A stretch of DNA of 48,396 bases from Anaerolinea sp. (lineage in GTDB: Bacteria > Chloroflexota > Anaerolineae > Anaerolineales > UBA4823), in assembly GCA_020722415.1 (NCBI GenBank), contig DYKV01000006.1, forward strand, positions 1 through 48,396. Direction: 5' to 3'. The stretch's first letter is position 1. Every line of letters begins with the position of its first letter. Below are positions 37,727 to 46,612 of this stretch, one piece after another. The notes beneath the pieces were generated by a model that was not told where the DNA came from, ran no database searches, and worked only from the letters and a program-made list of their open reading frames with translations. The position numbers and the translations under genes are program-made.

Positions 37727-39073
37727 CTAGATATCAACAAAATAAGCTTCTGCAGCCCGGTCTAACAAATCTTTCGACATAACTGGTTCTGTTCCTAGAT
37801 AGCGGGAAATATCTAGGATTTGGTCACAGAGATCACGGGGATGAGAAGCGCGCAATTTTCTGCCGCGCTTGATATACCACTCCTGAAGAAGATACCGAAG
37901 ACCATCATCGCTGTACGCGACGCCTTTTATGGCTGCAATGCGCTTAAATATTTCTCGGTACTCGTTAAAACTTGGATTGCCGATTTCGATTTTATGGCGC
38001 AGGCGGCGTAAGAATGCCTCATCTACTAAATCCTTCGGTGGCAGGTTAGTAGAAAAAACTATCATTACATCAAATGGAACTTCTACTTTTCGCCCAGTCT
38101 GAAGGGTTAAGTAATCAATTCTATTTTCAAGAGGAACGATCCAGCGGTTTAACAAATCACGCGGGCGAATTTGTTGACGTCCAAAATCGTCAATTAATAG
38201 AATTCCTCCATTTGCTTTTACTTGAAATGGCGCTTCATAGTATTTGTTAATATCGTCGTAAACTAAATCTAATCCTTCCATCGTCAATTCGCCCCCCGTG
38301 ATGATAAACGGACGCCGAATTTTTACCCAGCGTAAATCACGTTTTCCGGTGGCTTTCAATGTTCCAGTTCCCAGTGTGGTTGTATCATCCTCGTGGGCTA
38401 GTTGATGGTTTACACTGTCATACAATTTCACAATCTGCCCGTCTATATAAATTGCGTATGGGATATACATGGTATCTTGTAGGACCATGTTTCCTATGCC
38501 TCGGGCTATGCTGGTTTTTCCATTTCCGGGAGGACCATAAAGAAACATAGATGTTCCTGAGTTGATAGCCGGTCCAATCCGCTCATAGGTGCGCTCATTC
38601 AGTACTAGGTTGGAAAGGGCTTTATGGAGGATGGCGGAGGTGAAAAAGGATCTACCACGGCTTTGACGGAGAATAGACATATTGTAAACATGGATAGGGA
38701 CTGGGGCTGGTCCGGCATACTGGCTGCGTTCCATTGCCTCGCGGGCACGCATGATGCCTGCACCTGTTATCCCATATACATAAGATCCTTCGCCCAATCC
38801 CAATTGCTGTGAGGATTTTATCTCCACAAACTTTTCTTTTTTTAACGATTCAAGAATTTGATCGACAATTCCAGCGAAAGGCAAGGCAATTTCTTCTGCC
38901 ATTTTAAAACCGCTCATGTATCCTTGAAAGTACAAGATTTTAAGTGCTAGATCTTGTAACCATAAAGACGGAAGTCCGGTTTCTTCGATCGATGTGATTG
39001 GGTGAGGATGAAAGCTGCTTTTTGGCGGCAGATTTATGGTTTCTATTCCCGGTTGTGAGTTTGATATAGCCAT
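37727..39073 (-). CDS. AAA+ ATPase of unassigned subfamily with a winged-helix-like N-terminal region
   Basis: 448-aa ORF with Walker A (GPPGNGKTS, K186), Walker B (ILLIDDFG, D295-296), sensor-1 (VFSTN) and an Arg-rich RRLRHK. The RBS is GGAGG, 7 nt upstream. Confidence 0.7.
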   Translation of the reverse strand: MAISNSQPGIETINLPPKSSFHPHPITSIEETGLPSLWLQDLALKILYFQGYMSGFKMAEEIALPFAGIVDQILESLKKEKFVEIKSSQQLGLGEGSYVYGITGAGIMRAREAMERSQYAGPAPVPIHVYNMSILRQSRGRSFFTSAILHKALSNLVLNERTYERIGPAINSGTSMFLYGPPGNGKTSIARGIGNMVLQDTMYIPYAIYIDGQIVKLYDSVNHQLAHEDDTTTLGTGTLKATGKRDLRWVKIRRPFIITGGELTMEGLDLVYDDINKYYEAPFQVKANGGILLIDDFGRQQIRPRDLLNRWIVPLENRIDYLTLQTGRKVEVPFDVMIVFSTNLPPKDLVDEAFLRRLRHKIEIGNPSFNEYREIFKRIAAIKGVAYSDDGLRYLLQEWYIKRGRKLRASHPRDLCDQILDISRYLGTEPVMSKDLLDRAAEAYFVDI

Positions 39074-39110
39074 TTAACTTCCTCCAAAATCCTAGCCATT
39101 TCTCTTATAG

Positions 39111-39119
39111 ATTATAGCA
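39111..39119 (-). promoter_or_regulatory. Extended -10 promoter element (TGCTATAAT) for the AAA+ operon
   Basis: The minus strand reads CCGTGCTATAATC, which matches TGnTATAAT exactly, about 38 nt upstream of the ATG at 39073. Confidence 0.45.
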
Positions 39120-39170
39120 CGGCTACTTGATTTGTATTGGTCTTCGTGCCTTACAGCAACGTTAATTAGG

Positions 39171-39176
39171 TATAAT
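39171..39176 (+). promoter_or_regulatory. -10 box TATAAT placed 6 nt upstream of the glycosyltransferase ATG (candidate leaderless promoter)
   Basis: The plus strand reads AGGTATAATGGGTACATGAAA, i.e. TATAAT-N6-ATG. There is no SD between them. Confidence 0.4.
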
Positions 39177-39182
39177 GGGTAC

Positions 39183-39866
39183 ATGAAAATTAGTGTCATT
39201 ATCCCTGTTTACAACGAAATTAATACAATAGCAGAAATACTCAAACGCGTAGAAAGCACCCAAATACCATCCGAGATTGTGATCGTGGACGACGGGTCTA
39301 CAGATGGCACACGGGAGATGTTAACCCAATACCAAAATAAAAACTCCTACCACATTGTATTCCATGATAGGAATAGAGGTAAAGGAGCAGCGGTTAATAC
39401 CGGCATTCAAGCTGCCACGGGGGATGTCTTGATCATTCAAGATGCTGATCTTGAATACGATCCGCGAGAATATCCAAACTTGCTCAAACCAATTCAGGAA
39501 GGGATTGCTGAGGTGGTGTATGGATCACGATTTTTAGGTGGTGCAAGACGGCCAATTCTGTTCTGGAATATGGTGGCGAATAAAATACTCACCCTGGTCA
39601 CTAATATCCTCTATAATAACATCTTGACCGACATGGAGACCGGCTATAAAGTCTTCCGCCGCGAAGTGGTTCAGAGCATAACGATTCATGCTCGCCGTTT
39701 TGATTTTGAGCCAGAATTTACCGCTAAGATATTAAAAAGAAAAGTGCGTATCTATGAGGTACCGATTTCATTTAACCCCCGTGATTATTCCGAAGGAAAG
39801 AAAATTCGTCTAAAAGATGCTTTTGAAGCAATGTGGACTCTTATAAAGTACAGATTTGTAGATTGA
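39183..39866 (+). CDS. Family 2 glycosyltransferase (polyprenol-phosphate sugar transferase-like)
   Basis: Starts [12 protein letters not shown], with DDGSTDGT and DADLEYDP (DxD) motifs. I prefer the start at 39183 over the track's TTG at 39132. Confidence 0.8.
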   Translation: MKISVIIPVYNEINTIAEILKRVESTQIPSEIVIVDDGSTDGTREMLTQYQNKNSYHIVFHDRNRGKGAAVNTGIQAATGDVLIIQDADLEYDPREYPNLLKPIQEGIAEVVYGSRFLGGARRPILFWNMVANKILTLVTNILYNNILTDMETGYKVFRREVVQSITIHARRFDFEPEFTAKILKRKVRIYEVPISFNPRDYSEGKKIRLKDAFEAMWTLIKYRFVD

Positions 39867-39874
39867 GTTATGAT

Positions 39875-41563
39875 TTATTGAGATGGCTTTATGTCCCGAA
39901 CCACTAATTGCAAGTAACTGTTTCCATTAAAATCATTCTGTTCTATTGTATATAAGATATCGATTTGCTTGGGAAGGTTATTGTAGAGCTCACCTTTATG
40001 AAAAGCGATACATGGGTAAGCATCATTTACTTGAAAGCGGAGATGAGATAGATTTTTCCCTACTAGTTTTACGTTTTTGGGGGTTAAGCCGCGGGTCACG
40101 AATAGCGGAACTGGGTTGGCGATACCAGTTGGCTGGAGATGTTCTAAATCATTAAAAAAGTTAATCCCCTGGTGTAGATCAAGCTCCATATCGGCTAAGA
40201 TAATCGGTTGTAAAAGTGTACCTTTGAGTGAATTTTCTGTGATTTCTTTCAAGCGGGATACTAATTCTGGAAAAAGATGACGCTTAATGGTAAAACCAGC
40301 TGCTGCTGCATGACCGCCATGATGTTCCATTAAATCAACACACTGGTCAAGTGTTTCAGTTATATTTAATTCTGGTATTGATCTAGCGGAACCTCGGATA
40401 AATCCGTCATTGATGGTGGCTACGATGGCTGGGCGATAGAATCGTTCGCTTAAGTGCGAAGCTACCAGCCCAATTACCCCAAGATTGAAGTCAGGATGAG
40501 CGGCTATAAGGATATAAGGGTTTTCTTCTTCTTGGAAAGCCAACTCGCTGGCGATGTTTTCAAATTGATGGGTAAGCACTTGGCGTTGGCGGTTATGGTT
40601 ATCTAATTCTTGAGCCAGTTTGCTAGCTTGAGTTGCATCGTTGGTGAGCAATAGATTCAGGGCAGCCATGGCAGACTCTAAGCGCCCGGCAGCGTTTAGT
40701 CGCGGCGCCAGCAAATGCGAAATATGTTGCGCGGTTAATTTTTGTGGAGCTATTCCAGCAATGGCGATTAGCGCGCGAATCCCTGGCCGTTGACTAGACC
40801 GGAGCTGTTCTAATCCGATTCGGGCGAGGGTGCGGTTCTCATCCACTAAAGGCACCATATCGGCAATTGTCCCTAAAGCAACGAGCTCAAGATATTGTTC
40901 TGGCTGGATATGTTTCTCGGGTTTTAGTTTTTGATAAGCTTGAATTAACTTATAGGCAACCCCGACGCCAGCTAGTTCTTTAAATGGATAGGGATCATTT
41001 GGTTGTTTCGGGTTGATGATCGCAACTACATCAGGTAATTCATTTAAGGGTTGGTGGTGATCGGTAATGATCATGTCAACCCCAATATTTTTAGCATGTT
41101 CAGCTTCAATCAAAGAGCGTACTCCACAATCCACGGTGATGATCAGCTTTACTCCTTGCTCTTTAAGATCATCGATTGCTTCAGAGCGGACGCCATATCC
41201 TTCTTCAAAGCGATTTGGAATGTGGTACATTACGTCTGCGCCACGTAATTTTAAGTAATCGGATAGAATCGTGGTAGAGGTAACCCCATCGACATCATAA
41301 TCCCCATAGATTGCGATGGGCTGGCGATTGCGAATTGCATATTCGATTCGTTCAATTGCGGTTTCAATATTTAGAAGCAGCAATGGATCATGCGTGTAGT
41401 CGAGATTTGGGTTAAGATAGCGGTGTGCATCAGCAGAGCTTGTGATTCCACGGTTGTATAATAACTGCCTAAGGGTAGGATGATATTGGGATAGAGCCTC
41501 GTCAATCTCGGAGGGAATTGTGGATGCAATTTTCCAAATAGGGCTGACTTGATGATTCATCAT
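39875..41563 (-). CDS. recJ: Single-stranded-DNA-specific exonuclease RecJ
   Basis: 562-aa ORF with DHH motifs (YGDYDVDG, VDCG, ITDHHQP) and a DHHA1 region (GGHAAAAG). Confidence 0.9.
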   Translation of the reverse strand: MMNHQVSPIWKIASTIPSEIDEALSQYHPTLRQLLYNRGITSSADAHRYLNPNLDYTHDPLLLLNIETAIERIEYAIRNRQPIAIYGDYDVDGVTSTTILSDYLKLRGADVMYHIPNRFEEGYGVRSEAIDDLKEQGVKLIITVDCGVRSLIEAEHAKNIGVDMIITDHHQPLNELPDVVAIINPKQPNDPYPFKELAGVGVAYKLIQAYQKLKPEKHIQPEQYLELVALGTIADMVPLVDENRTLARIGLEQLRSSQRPGIRALIAIAGIAPQKLTAQHISHLLAPRLNAAGRLESAMAALNLLLTNDATQASKLAQELDNHNRQRQVLTHQFENIASELAFQEEENPYILIAAHPDFNLGVIGLVASHLSERFYRPAIVATINDGFIRGSARSIPELNITETLDQCVDLMEHHGGHAAAAGFTIKRHLFPELVSRLKEITENSLKGTLLQPIILADMELDLHQGINFFNDLEHLQPTGIANPVPLFVTRGLTPKNVKLVGKNLSHLRFQVNDAYPCIAFHKGELYNNLPKQIDILYTIEQNDFNGNSYLQLVVRDIKPSQ

Positions 41564-41579
41564 TTCGGTTTGAGAGATA

Positions 41580-41588
41580 AGTATAGCA
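41580..41588 (-). promoter_or_regulatory. Extended -10 promoter element (TGCTATACT) upstream of recJ
   Basis: The minus strand reads TATGCTATACTTATC, 16 nt upstream of the recJ ATG. Confidence 0.4.
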
Positions 41589-41635
41589 TAGAATGTTAGG
41601 TCATGGATATTAATTTGCTTCTTAACTGTTCTATG

Positions 41636-41664
41636 TTGACGCAGTGAAAAAAGACTGCTATGAT
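41636..41664 (+). promoter_or_regulatory. Sigma70-type promoter for yvcK
   Basis: TTGACG (41636-41641), a 17-nt spacer, then TATGAT (41659-41664). The spacer contains the inverted repeat GCAGT...ACTGC. The ATG lies only 10 nt after the -10 box. Confidence 0.5.
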
Positions 41665-41674
41665 GATAAATTGA

Positions 41675-43027
41675 ATGAATAAGTTAGAACGCCAATCCTC
41701 TTTTCATAAAATCGGTCTTTTTTTTAGTCAATATTTACGATGGTTATCGCCCGGCATTGGTGTTAAACGCTGGTTTATTTTAACTTTAATGGGAACTACT
41801 TTAATCGGGGTGGGATTGGGGATTGTCTTGTTGCACATCTACCGTACAGCTCCAGACACCTGGTGGCTTCCCATCCTTTCTACAGCATCCTTGCGTTTTT
41901 TATCGCGGCCCTTACGGGCGTTAATTTTCGTCGGTATCGGCTTGGCAATGATATTAGGTGGGATTTACGGAATGAATCGTTCATTGATGAAACCTTTCAT
42001 TCGTCCGGGCCGAAAAGTAGTGGATGAGTTGACCCAACATAGAAAACTGGAAAAAGGACCGAAAATTGTTGCCATTGGTGGTGGACATGGGTTATCAACT
42101 TTATTACGGGGGCTTAAAGAATACACCTATAATATAACCGCTATTGTCACCGTGGCAGATGACGGCGGTTCATCTGGTAAATTGCGAAGGGGATTTGGCG
42201 TCTTACCACCAGGGGATCTGCGGAATTGTTTGGCTGCATTATCCGATGATGAAGCATTACTCTCCCATCTCTTTCAATATCGTTTCCCGGATAGCCAAAC
42301 AGGATTGGATGGTCATTCGTTTGGTAATTTATTTATCACCGCTTTAAGAGATATTATGGGCAGCTTTGAAGAAGCAGTTGCCGAATCGGGCCGGGTATTA
42401 GCTGTGAAGGGACGAGTTCTGCCCTCGACTATTAACGAGGTCAACCTGGTTGCTGATGTGAAAATCCCAATGATAGAAACCGATGTGCGGATTGAAGGGG
42501 AAAGCGCAATTCCAAAATCAAATGGAAGAGTTAAAAGGGTTTTCTTACAACCCGAATCTCCCCCAGCCTTTCCCGAGGCGATTAAAGCGATATTGAATGC
42601 AGATTTAATTGTGATTGGTCCAGGAAGTTTATATACCAGCATTTTACCTAATTTGTTGGTTCCAGACATTACCCGTGCCATTCGGGGCAGCAAAGCACTC
42701 AAGGTATATGTTTGTAATATTGCTACCCAAAAAGGGGAGACCGACCATTATACTTGTGGTGATCACATTCGGGCTTTGGAGGACCATATAGGGAAGGAAA
42801 TATTCGATATTGTGGTCGTAAACCGCCATGCACACTTTGCGGTTGGGAATAAAATTGAATGGGTGGAACTGGAACACGGGTTGCAGCGCCAATATCGGAT
42901 TATGCAGGAAAGATTATTTGATGAGATGAATCCGTCTCGACATGATTCAAATCGTTTGGCTAAATTTTTGATGGAATTGTTGAACAATCCAGAAAAATGG
43001 ATGACCAATAGTACATATCGTTTGTGA
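41675..43027 (+). CDS. yvcK: YvcK/GlmR (CofD-like, gluconeogenesis factor) family protein with an N-terminal membrane extension
   Basis: The conserved core starts KIVAIGGGHGLSTLLRGLK, with TVADDGGSSG and PGDLRNC. It is preceded by about 125 aa containing two hydrophobic helices. Confidence 0.8.
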   Translation: MNKLERQSSFHKIGLFFSQYLRWLSPGIGVKRWFILTLMGTTLIGVGLGIVLLHIYRTAPDTWWLPILSTASLRFLSRPLRALIFVGIGLAMILGGIYGMNRSLMKPFIRPGRKVVDELTQHRKLEKGPKIVAIGGGHGLSTLLRGLKEYTYNITAIVTVADDGGSSGKLRRGFGVLPPGDLRNCLAALSDDEALLSHLFQYRFPDSQTGLDGHSFGNLFITALRDIMGSFEEAVAESGRVLAVKGRVLPSTINEVNLVADVKIPMIETDVRIEGESAIPKSNGRVKRVFLQPESPPAFPEAIKAILNADLIVIGPGSLYTSILPNLLVPDITRAIRGSKALKVYVCNIATQKGETDHYTCGDHIRALEDHIGKEIFDIVVVNRHAHFAVGNKIEWVELEHGLQRQYRIMQERLFDEMNPSRHDSNRLAKFLMELLNNPEKWMTNSTYRL

Positions 43028-43137
43028 ATTAAAACACATAGATAACACAAAAACGAGATTATCGAGTAAAATAATGTTCGTTGATGATATCAAATTAATA
43101 ATTTGAAAAATTATATTTCTCTCTCTCGGAGGTTACA

Positions 43138-44196
43138 ATGACTGTAAAAGTAGGAATTAATGGTTTTGGCCGCATAGGACGACAAGTCCTCAAGGCAATC
43201 ATTGACTACCATGGCGGCGAGCTGGAAGTTGTCGCATTCAACGATATTGGCGATCTAAACACAATGGCTCATTTGTTGAAATACGATACCAATTACGGCC
43301 GTTTCAATGGTACTGTCGAAGTCGTCGAAGATGGTTTATTGATTAATGGAAAAAAGGTAAAAGGGTTTAAGGAAACTGATCCTTCTAAAATCCCATGGGG
43401 CGATCTCGGAATTGATATTGTGATTGAATCAACCGGGTTATTTACCATCAAGAAAGACGGTATTAATAAAAAAGGCAAAGAAGTAAAAGGCGCTGAGAAT
43501 CACATTACTAAGGGTGGCGCGAAGAAAGTGATTATCACTGCTCCAGCAGAAGGAGAAGATATCACCATTGTATTAGGTGTTAATGAGGATAAATACAACC
43601 CCAAAATCCACCATGTGGTATCGAACGCCTCCTGCACCACGAACTGCCTTGCTCCGGCGGTCAAAGTGGTCAACGACAAGTTCAAAGTAGTCCGTGGCTT
43701 TATGACCACCATTCATTCATATACTAATGACCAGAAGATTTTGGATCTGCCCCACAGTGATTTACGGCGCGCGCGCGCAGCGGCGATGAATATTATCCCC
43801 ACTACCACAGGCGCAGCCCGAGCATTAAAACTGGTTATTCCAGAAATGGCTGGCAAATTAGATGGCTACGCCTTGCGGGTTCCTACCTCTACCGTATCTG
43901 TGGTTGACCTTACCGTAGAACTAGAAAAATCTATCACTACGGAAGAATTGCGCCAAGCATATCGAGATGCCGCAGCAACGAAACCATTAAAAGGCATTTT
44001 GGAAGCAGTAGAAGAACCATTGGTGAGTATAGATTTCAAAGGCAGCACCTACAGCTCCTCAGTAGATCTTCCTTTCACTACGGTTTTGGGCAAAGAGAGC
44101 AGCAATTTTGCGAAAATCGTCAGCTGGTATGATAATGAATGGGCTTATTCTGTGCGTACATCTGACCTAGCTGCGTTGATGGCAAAATCGCTCTAA
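43138..44196 (+). CDS. gap: Glyceraldehyde-3-phosphate dehydrogenase (type I)
   Basis: Carries INGFGRIGR and the active site [12 protein letters not shown]. The RBS is GGAGG. Confidence 0.95.
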   Translation: MTVKVGINGFGRIGRQVLKAIIDYHGGELEVVAFNDIGDLNTMAHLLKYDTNYGRFNGTVEVVEDGLLINGKKVKGFKETDPSKIPWGDLGIDIVIESTGLFTIKKDGINKKGKEVKGAENHITKGGAKKVIITAPAEGEDITIVLGVNEDKYNPKIHHVVSNASCTTNCLAPAVKVVNDKFKVVRGFMTTIHSYTNDQKILDLPHSDLRRARAAAMNIIPTTTGAARALKLVIPEMAGKLDGYALRVPTSTVSVVDLTVELEKSITTEELRQAYRDAAATKPLKGILEAVEEPLVSIDFKGSTYSSSVDLPFTTVLGKESSNFAKIVSWYDNEWAYSVRTSDLAALMAKSL

Positions 44197-44201
44197 GTCA
44201 T

Positions 44202-44330
44202 TGATAACAGAATTGTCCCAAAAGGAAGCAGCAATCTTGAGTGTAGTAGAGGGTTCCCGCGCAAAGAGACTTTCTCCACTCTGCCAAGGGCATTCTCCTT
44301 TTGGGACTATTGTTGTCGGTTCTGTTATCA
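44202..44330 (+). repeat. 129-nt nested inverted repeat (predicted long RNA stem) in the gap-pgk spacer
   Basis: The outer arms TGATAACAGAA (44202-44212) and TTCTGTTATCA (44320-44330) form 11 bp. The inner arms GTCCCAAAAGGA (44215-44226) and TCCTTTTGGGAC (44296-44307) form 12 bp. About 69 nt of interior sequence lies between them. Confidence 0.6.
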
Positions 44331-44366
44331 GGCATATCCGCTTTATTCTCAGGGATGGAGTAGTTT

Positions 44367-45542
44367 ATGTTCAATAAAAAAACCATTCGTGATGTAGATT
44401 TTAAAGGGAAAAGAGTCCTTGTTCGAGTAGATTTCAATGTCCCCATTAAAGATGGGGTCGTGACAGATGATACTCGCATCAAAGCGGCGCTGCCCACTCT
44501 ACAATATTTACTCGATCATGGAGCATCGTTAGTGCTTTGCTCACACCTTGGTCGTCCAAAAGAAGGTCCGGATCCGCAGTTTTCGATGAGACCGGTGGCA
44601 GACCATTTAGCTAAAATTATCGGAAAACCGGTTGCTTTTGCAGAAGATTGCATCGGCCCAGTAGCAGAAAAAGCAGCCAAGGCACTAAAACCGGGTGACA
44701 TCCTTGTATTAGAAAACACCCGCTTTCATAAAGGTGAAACGAAAAACGATCCTGAAATGGCGAAGCAATTAGCTGCTCTAGCAGATATCTATGTAAATGA
44801 TGCGTTTGGAAGCGCTCACCGCGCCCACGCATCTACCGAAGGCGTAGCAAGATATTTACCCGCAGTAGCGGGATTCCTTATGGAAAAAGAAATCCAATAT
44901 CTTGGCCAGGCAATTGCGGATCCAAAGAAACCGTTCGTGGCGATTTTAGGCGGGGCAAAAATCAGCGACAAGATTGGCGTGATTCGCAATCTTCTCACCA
45001 AAGCTGATCAGGTGTTAATCGGGGGAGGCATGGCAAATACGTTTTTCAAAGCCCAAGGATATCCGGTGGGAGATTCTTTAGTGGAAGATGAAGCCCTGGA
45101 AACCGCCAAGCAGCTACTGTCTGAAGGCGGTACTAAATTGAGACTTCCAGTAGATGTCGTGATTGCCAATAAGTTCGAAGATAACGCAGAGAAGAAAGTC
45201 ATCAGCATGGGACCTGTTCCAGACGGATGGCGGATTATGGATGTGGGACCAGAAACGGTAGCCACCTTCACTAAAGTGATTATTCCAGCCGGGACGGTGG
45301 TCTGGAATGGACCAATGGGCGTTTTTGAGTTTCCGAACTTCGCCGAAGGAACCTTTGGCATTGCCAAAGCGGTTGCAGAATGCAAGGGTGTGACCATTGT
45401 TGGCGGCGGTGACTCTGTTTCAGCGGTGAAAAAGTCGGGTGTGGCGGATAAAATTACCCACATTTCCACCGGCGGCGGCGCATCCCTCGAAATGCTGGAG
45501 GGATTGGTCTTACCCGGTGTTGCGGTATTACAAGATAAATGA
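44367..45542 (+). CDS. pgk: Phosphoglycerate kinase
   Basis: 391-aa ORF with RVDFNVP, SHLGRP and GGGDS motifs. The RBS is GGAG. Confidence 0.95.
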   Translation: MFNKKTIRDVDFKGKRVLVRVDFNVPIKDGVVTDDTRIKAALPTLQYLLDHGASLVLCSHLGRPKEGPDPQFSMRPVADHLAKIIGKPVAFAEDCIGPVAEKAAKALKPGDILVLENTRFHKGETKNDPEMAKQLAALADIYVNDAFGSAHRAHASTEGVARYLPAVAGFLMEKEIQYLGQAIADPKKPFVAILGGAKISDKIGVIRNLLTKADQVLIGGGMANTFFKAQGYPVGDSLVEDEALETAKQLLSEGGTKLRLPVDVVIANKFEDNAEKKVISMGPVPDGWRIMDVGPETVATFTKVIIPAGTVVWNGPMGVFEFPNFAEGTFGIAKAVAECKGVTIVGGGDSVSAVKKSGVADKITHISTGGGASLEMLEGLVLPGVAVLQDK

Positions 45543-45558
45543 CATAAACTGTATCCTT

Positions 45559-45588
45559 GAAGGGAGAATTAAATTCTCCCTTCTTTTC
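45559..45588 (+). terminator. Rho-independent terminator after pgk
   Basis: GAAGGGAGAA-TTAAA-TTCTCCCTTC forms a 10-bp GC-containing stem followed by TTTTC. It starts 16 nt after the pgk stop. Confidence 0.85.
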
Positions 45589-45723
45589 ATGGTAGTTACC
45601 AAAGGCAGTTTTTGCCCTGAAGAAAACCCTAGATGATCAATGTTTCCCTTTTTTCAGTATAATAATTTGACTTTGTTAGTTAGGTATCTACCATGACAGA
45701 TTGCGAGTCGGGTTTCATACCTG

Positions 45724-45746
45724 ACCTAATGTAGATTAGGTTTTTT
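45724..45746 (+). terminator. Second hairpin plus U-tract in the pgk-tpiA spacer (terminator/attenuator-like)
   Basis: ACCTAAT-GTAG-ATTAGGT forms a 7-bp AT-rich stem running into TTTTTT (45741-45746), 66 nt upstream of the tpiA ATG. Confidence 0.45.
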
Positions 45747-45811
45747 CTAGTTAAAGCGTCGCTTGGGTTTTTTTACCCGAATGCATGCATAAATCCAGAT
45801 AAGAGGTGAAC

Positions 45812-46594
45812 ATGGAGAAAAAACGCATCCCATTGGTTGCCGGAAATTGGAAAATGTATAAAACCATTGCCGAAGCCAGACAACTCGTGCCGGACTTAGT
45901 AGCCGGGTTAGACCCGATCGCAGGTGTCGAGAAAGCCATCTGTCCACCATTCACTGCTCTTTTACCCGTGAAAGCGTTGCTTGAAGGTTCTTCGATCCAT
46001 TTAGGGGCGCAGAACATGCATTGGGAAGACAGTGGTGCTTATACGGGTGAAATTTCCCCACGAATGGTGGCAGAGCTGTGTACTTATGTGATCATTGGTC
46101 ATTCTGAGAGGCGAGCATATTTTGGCGAAACTGATGAAACGGTCAATAAGAAGGTTAAATCTGCTTACACTGCTGGTTTGATACCCATTCTATGTGTAGG
46201 CGAAACCCTACAAGAAAATGAGGCTGGTAAAACGGGCGAAGTCGTTGAACGCCAGATAAAAAAAGGTTTACTAGACGTCAGATTAACTCCTGAAAAAGAT
46301 GGCTCGATCCCTTTGGTGATCGCTTATGAGCCAGTCTGGGCAATAGGAACCGGGCGGGCTGCCAGCGGGGAAGATGCGAATACGGTTGTGTCTAAGTATA
46401 TTCGTCCTAGCCTAGCCCAATTGTTTGGCCTCGCAGTCGCCCAATCGGTGCGGGTGCTGTATGGCGGGTCAGTGAAAGCCTCGAATGCAAGCGAATTTTT
46501 TAACCAACCAGAGATTGACGGGGCTTTAGTTGGCGGAGCAAGTTTGAAAGCGGATGAATTTATCGCCATCGTCAAATATGCTGTATTACCTTAG
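45812..46594 (+). CDS. tpiA: Triosephosphate isomerase
   Basis: Carries AGNWKM, the catalytic GHSERR and AYEPVWAIGTG. The ATG at 45812 is preceded by AAGAGG at 5-nt spacing. The track's GTG at 45806 lies inside that SD. Confidence 0.95.
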   Translation: MEKKRIPLVAGNWKMYKTIAEARQLVPDLVAGLDPIAGVEKAICPPFTALLPVKALLEGSSIHLGAQNMHWEDSGAYTGEISPRMVAELCTYVIIGHSERRAYFGETDETVNKKVKSAYTAGLIPILCVGETLQENEAGKTGEVVERQIKKGLLDVRLTPEKDGSIPLVIAYEPVWAIGTGRAASGEDANTVVSKYIRPSLAQLFGLAVAQSVRVLYGGSVKASNASEFFNQPEIDGALVGGASLKADEFIAIVKYAVLP

Positions 46595-46612
46595 TATAAA
46601 CTTAGCAGCATA

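Noticed and set aside
44198-44497. The 99-aa minus-strand ORF spanning the gap-pgk spacer and the pgk 5' end.
   Set aside because: It has no RBS and a low-complexity, implausible sequence. It overlaps the well-supported pgk start, and the region is better explained by the inverted repeat.
45008-45469. Long antisense or nested ORFs in the track: 153 aa inside pgk, 127 aa at 11170-11553, 129 aa at 42313-42702, 115 aa at 15697-16044, 126 aa at 25635-26015, and many of 60-110 aa.
   Set aside because: Each lies wholly inside a confidently identified gene on the other strand or in another frame. None has a recognisable motif. They are typical shadow ORFs.
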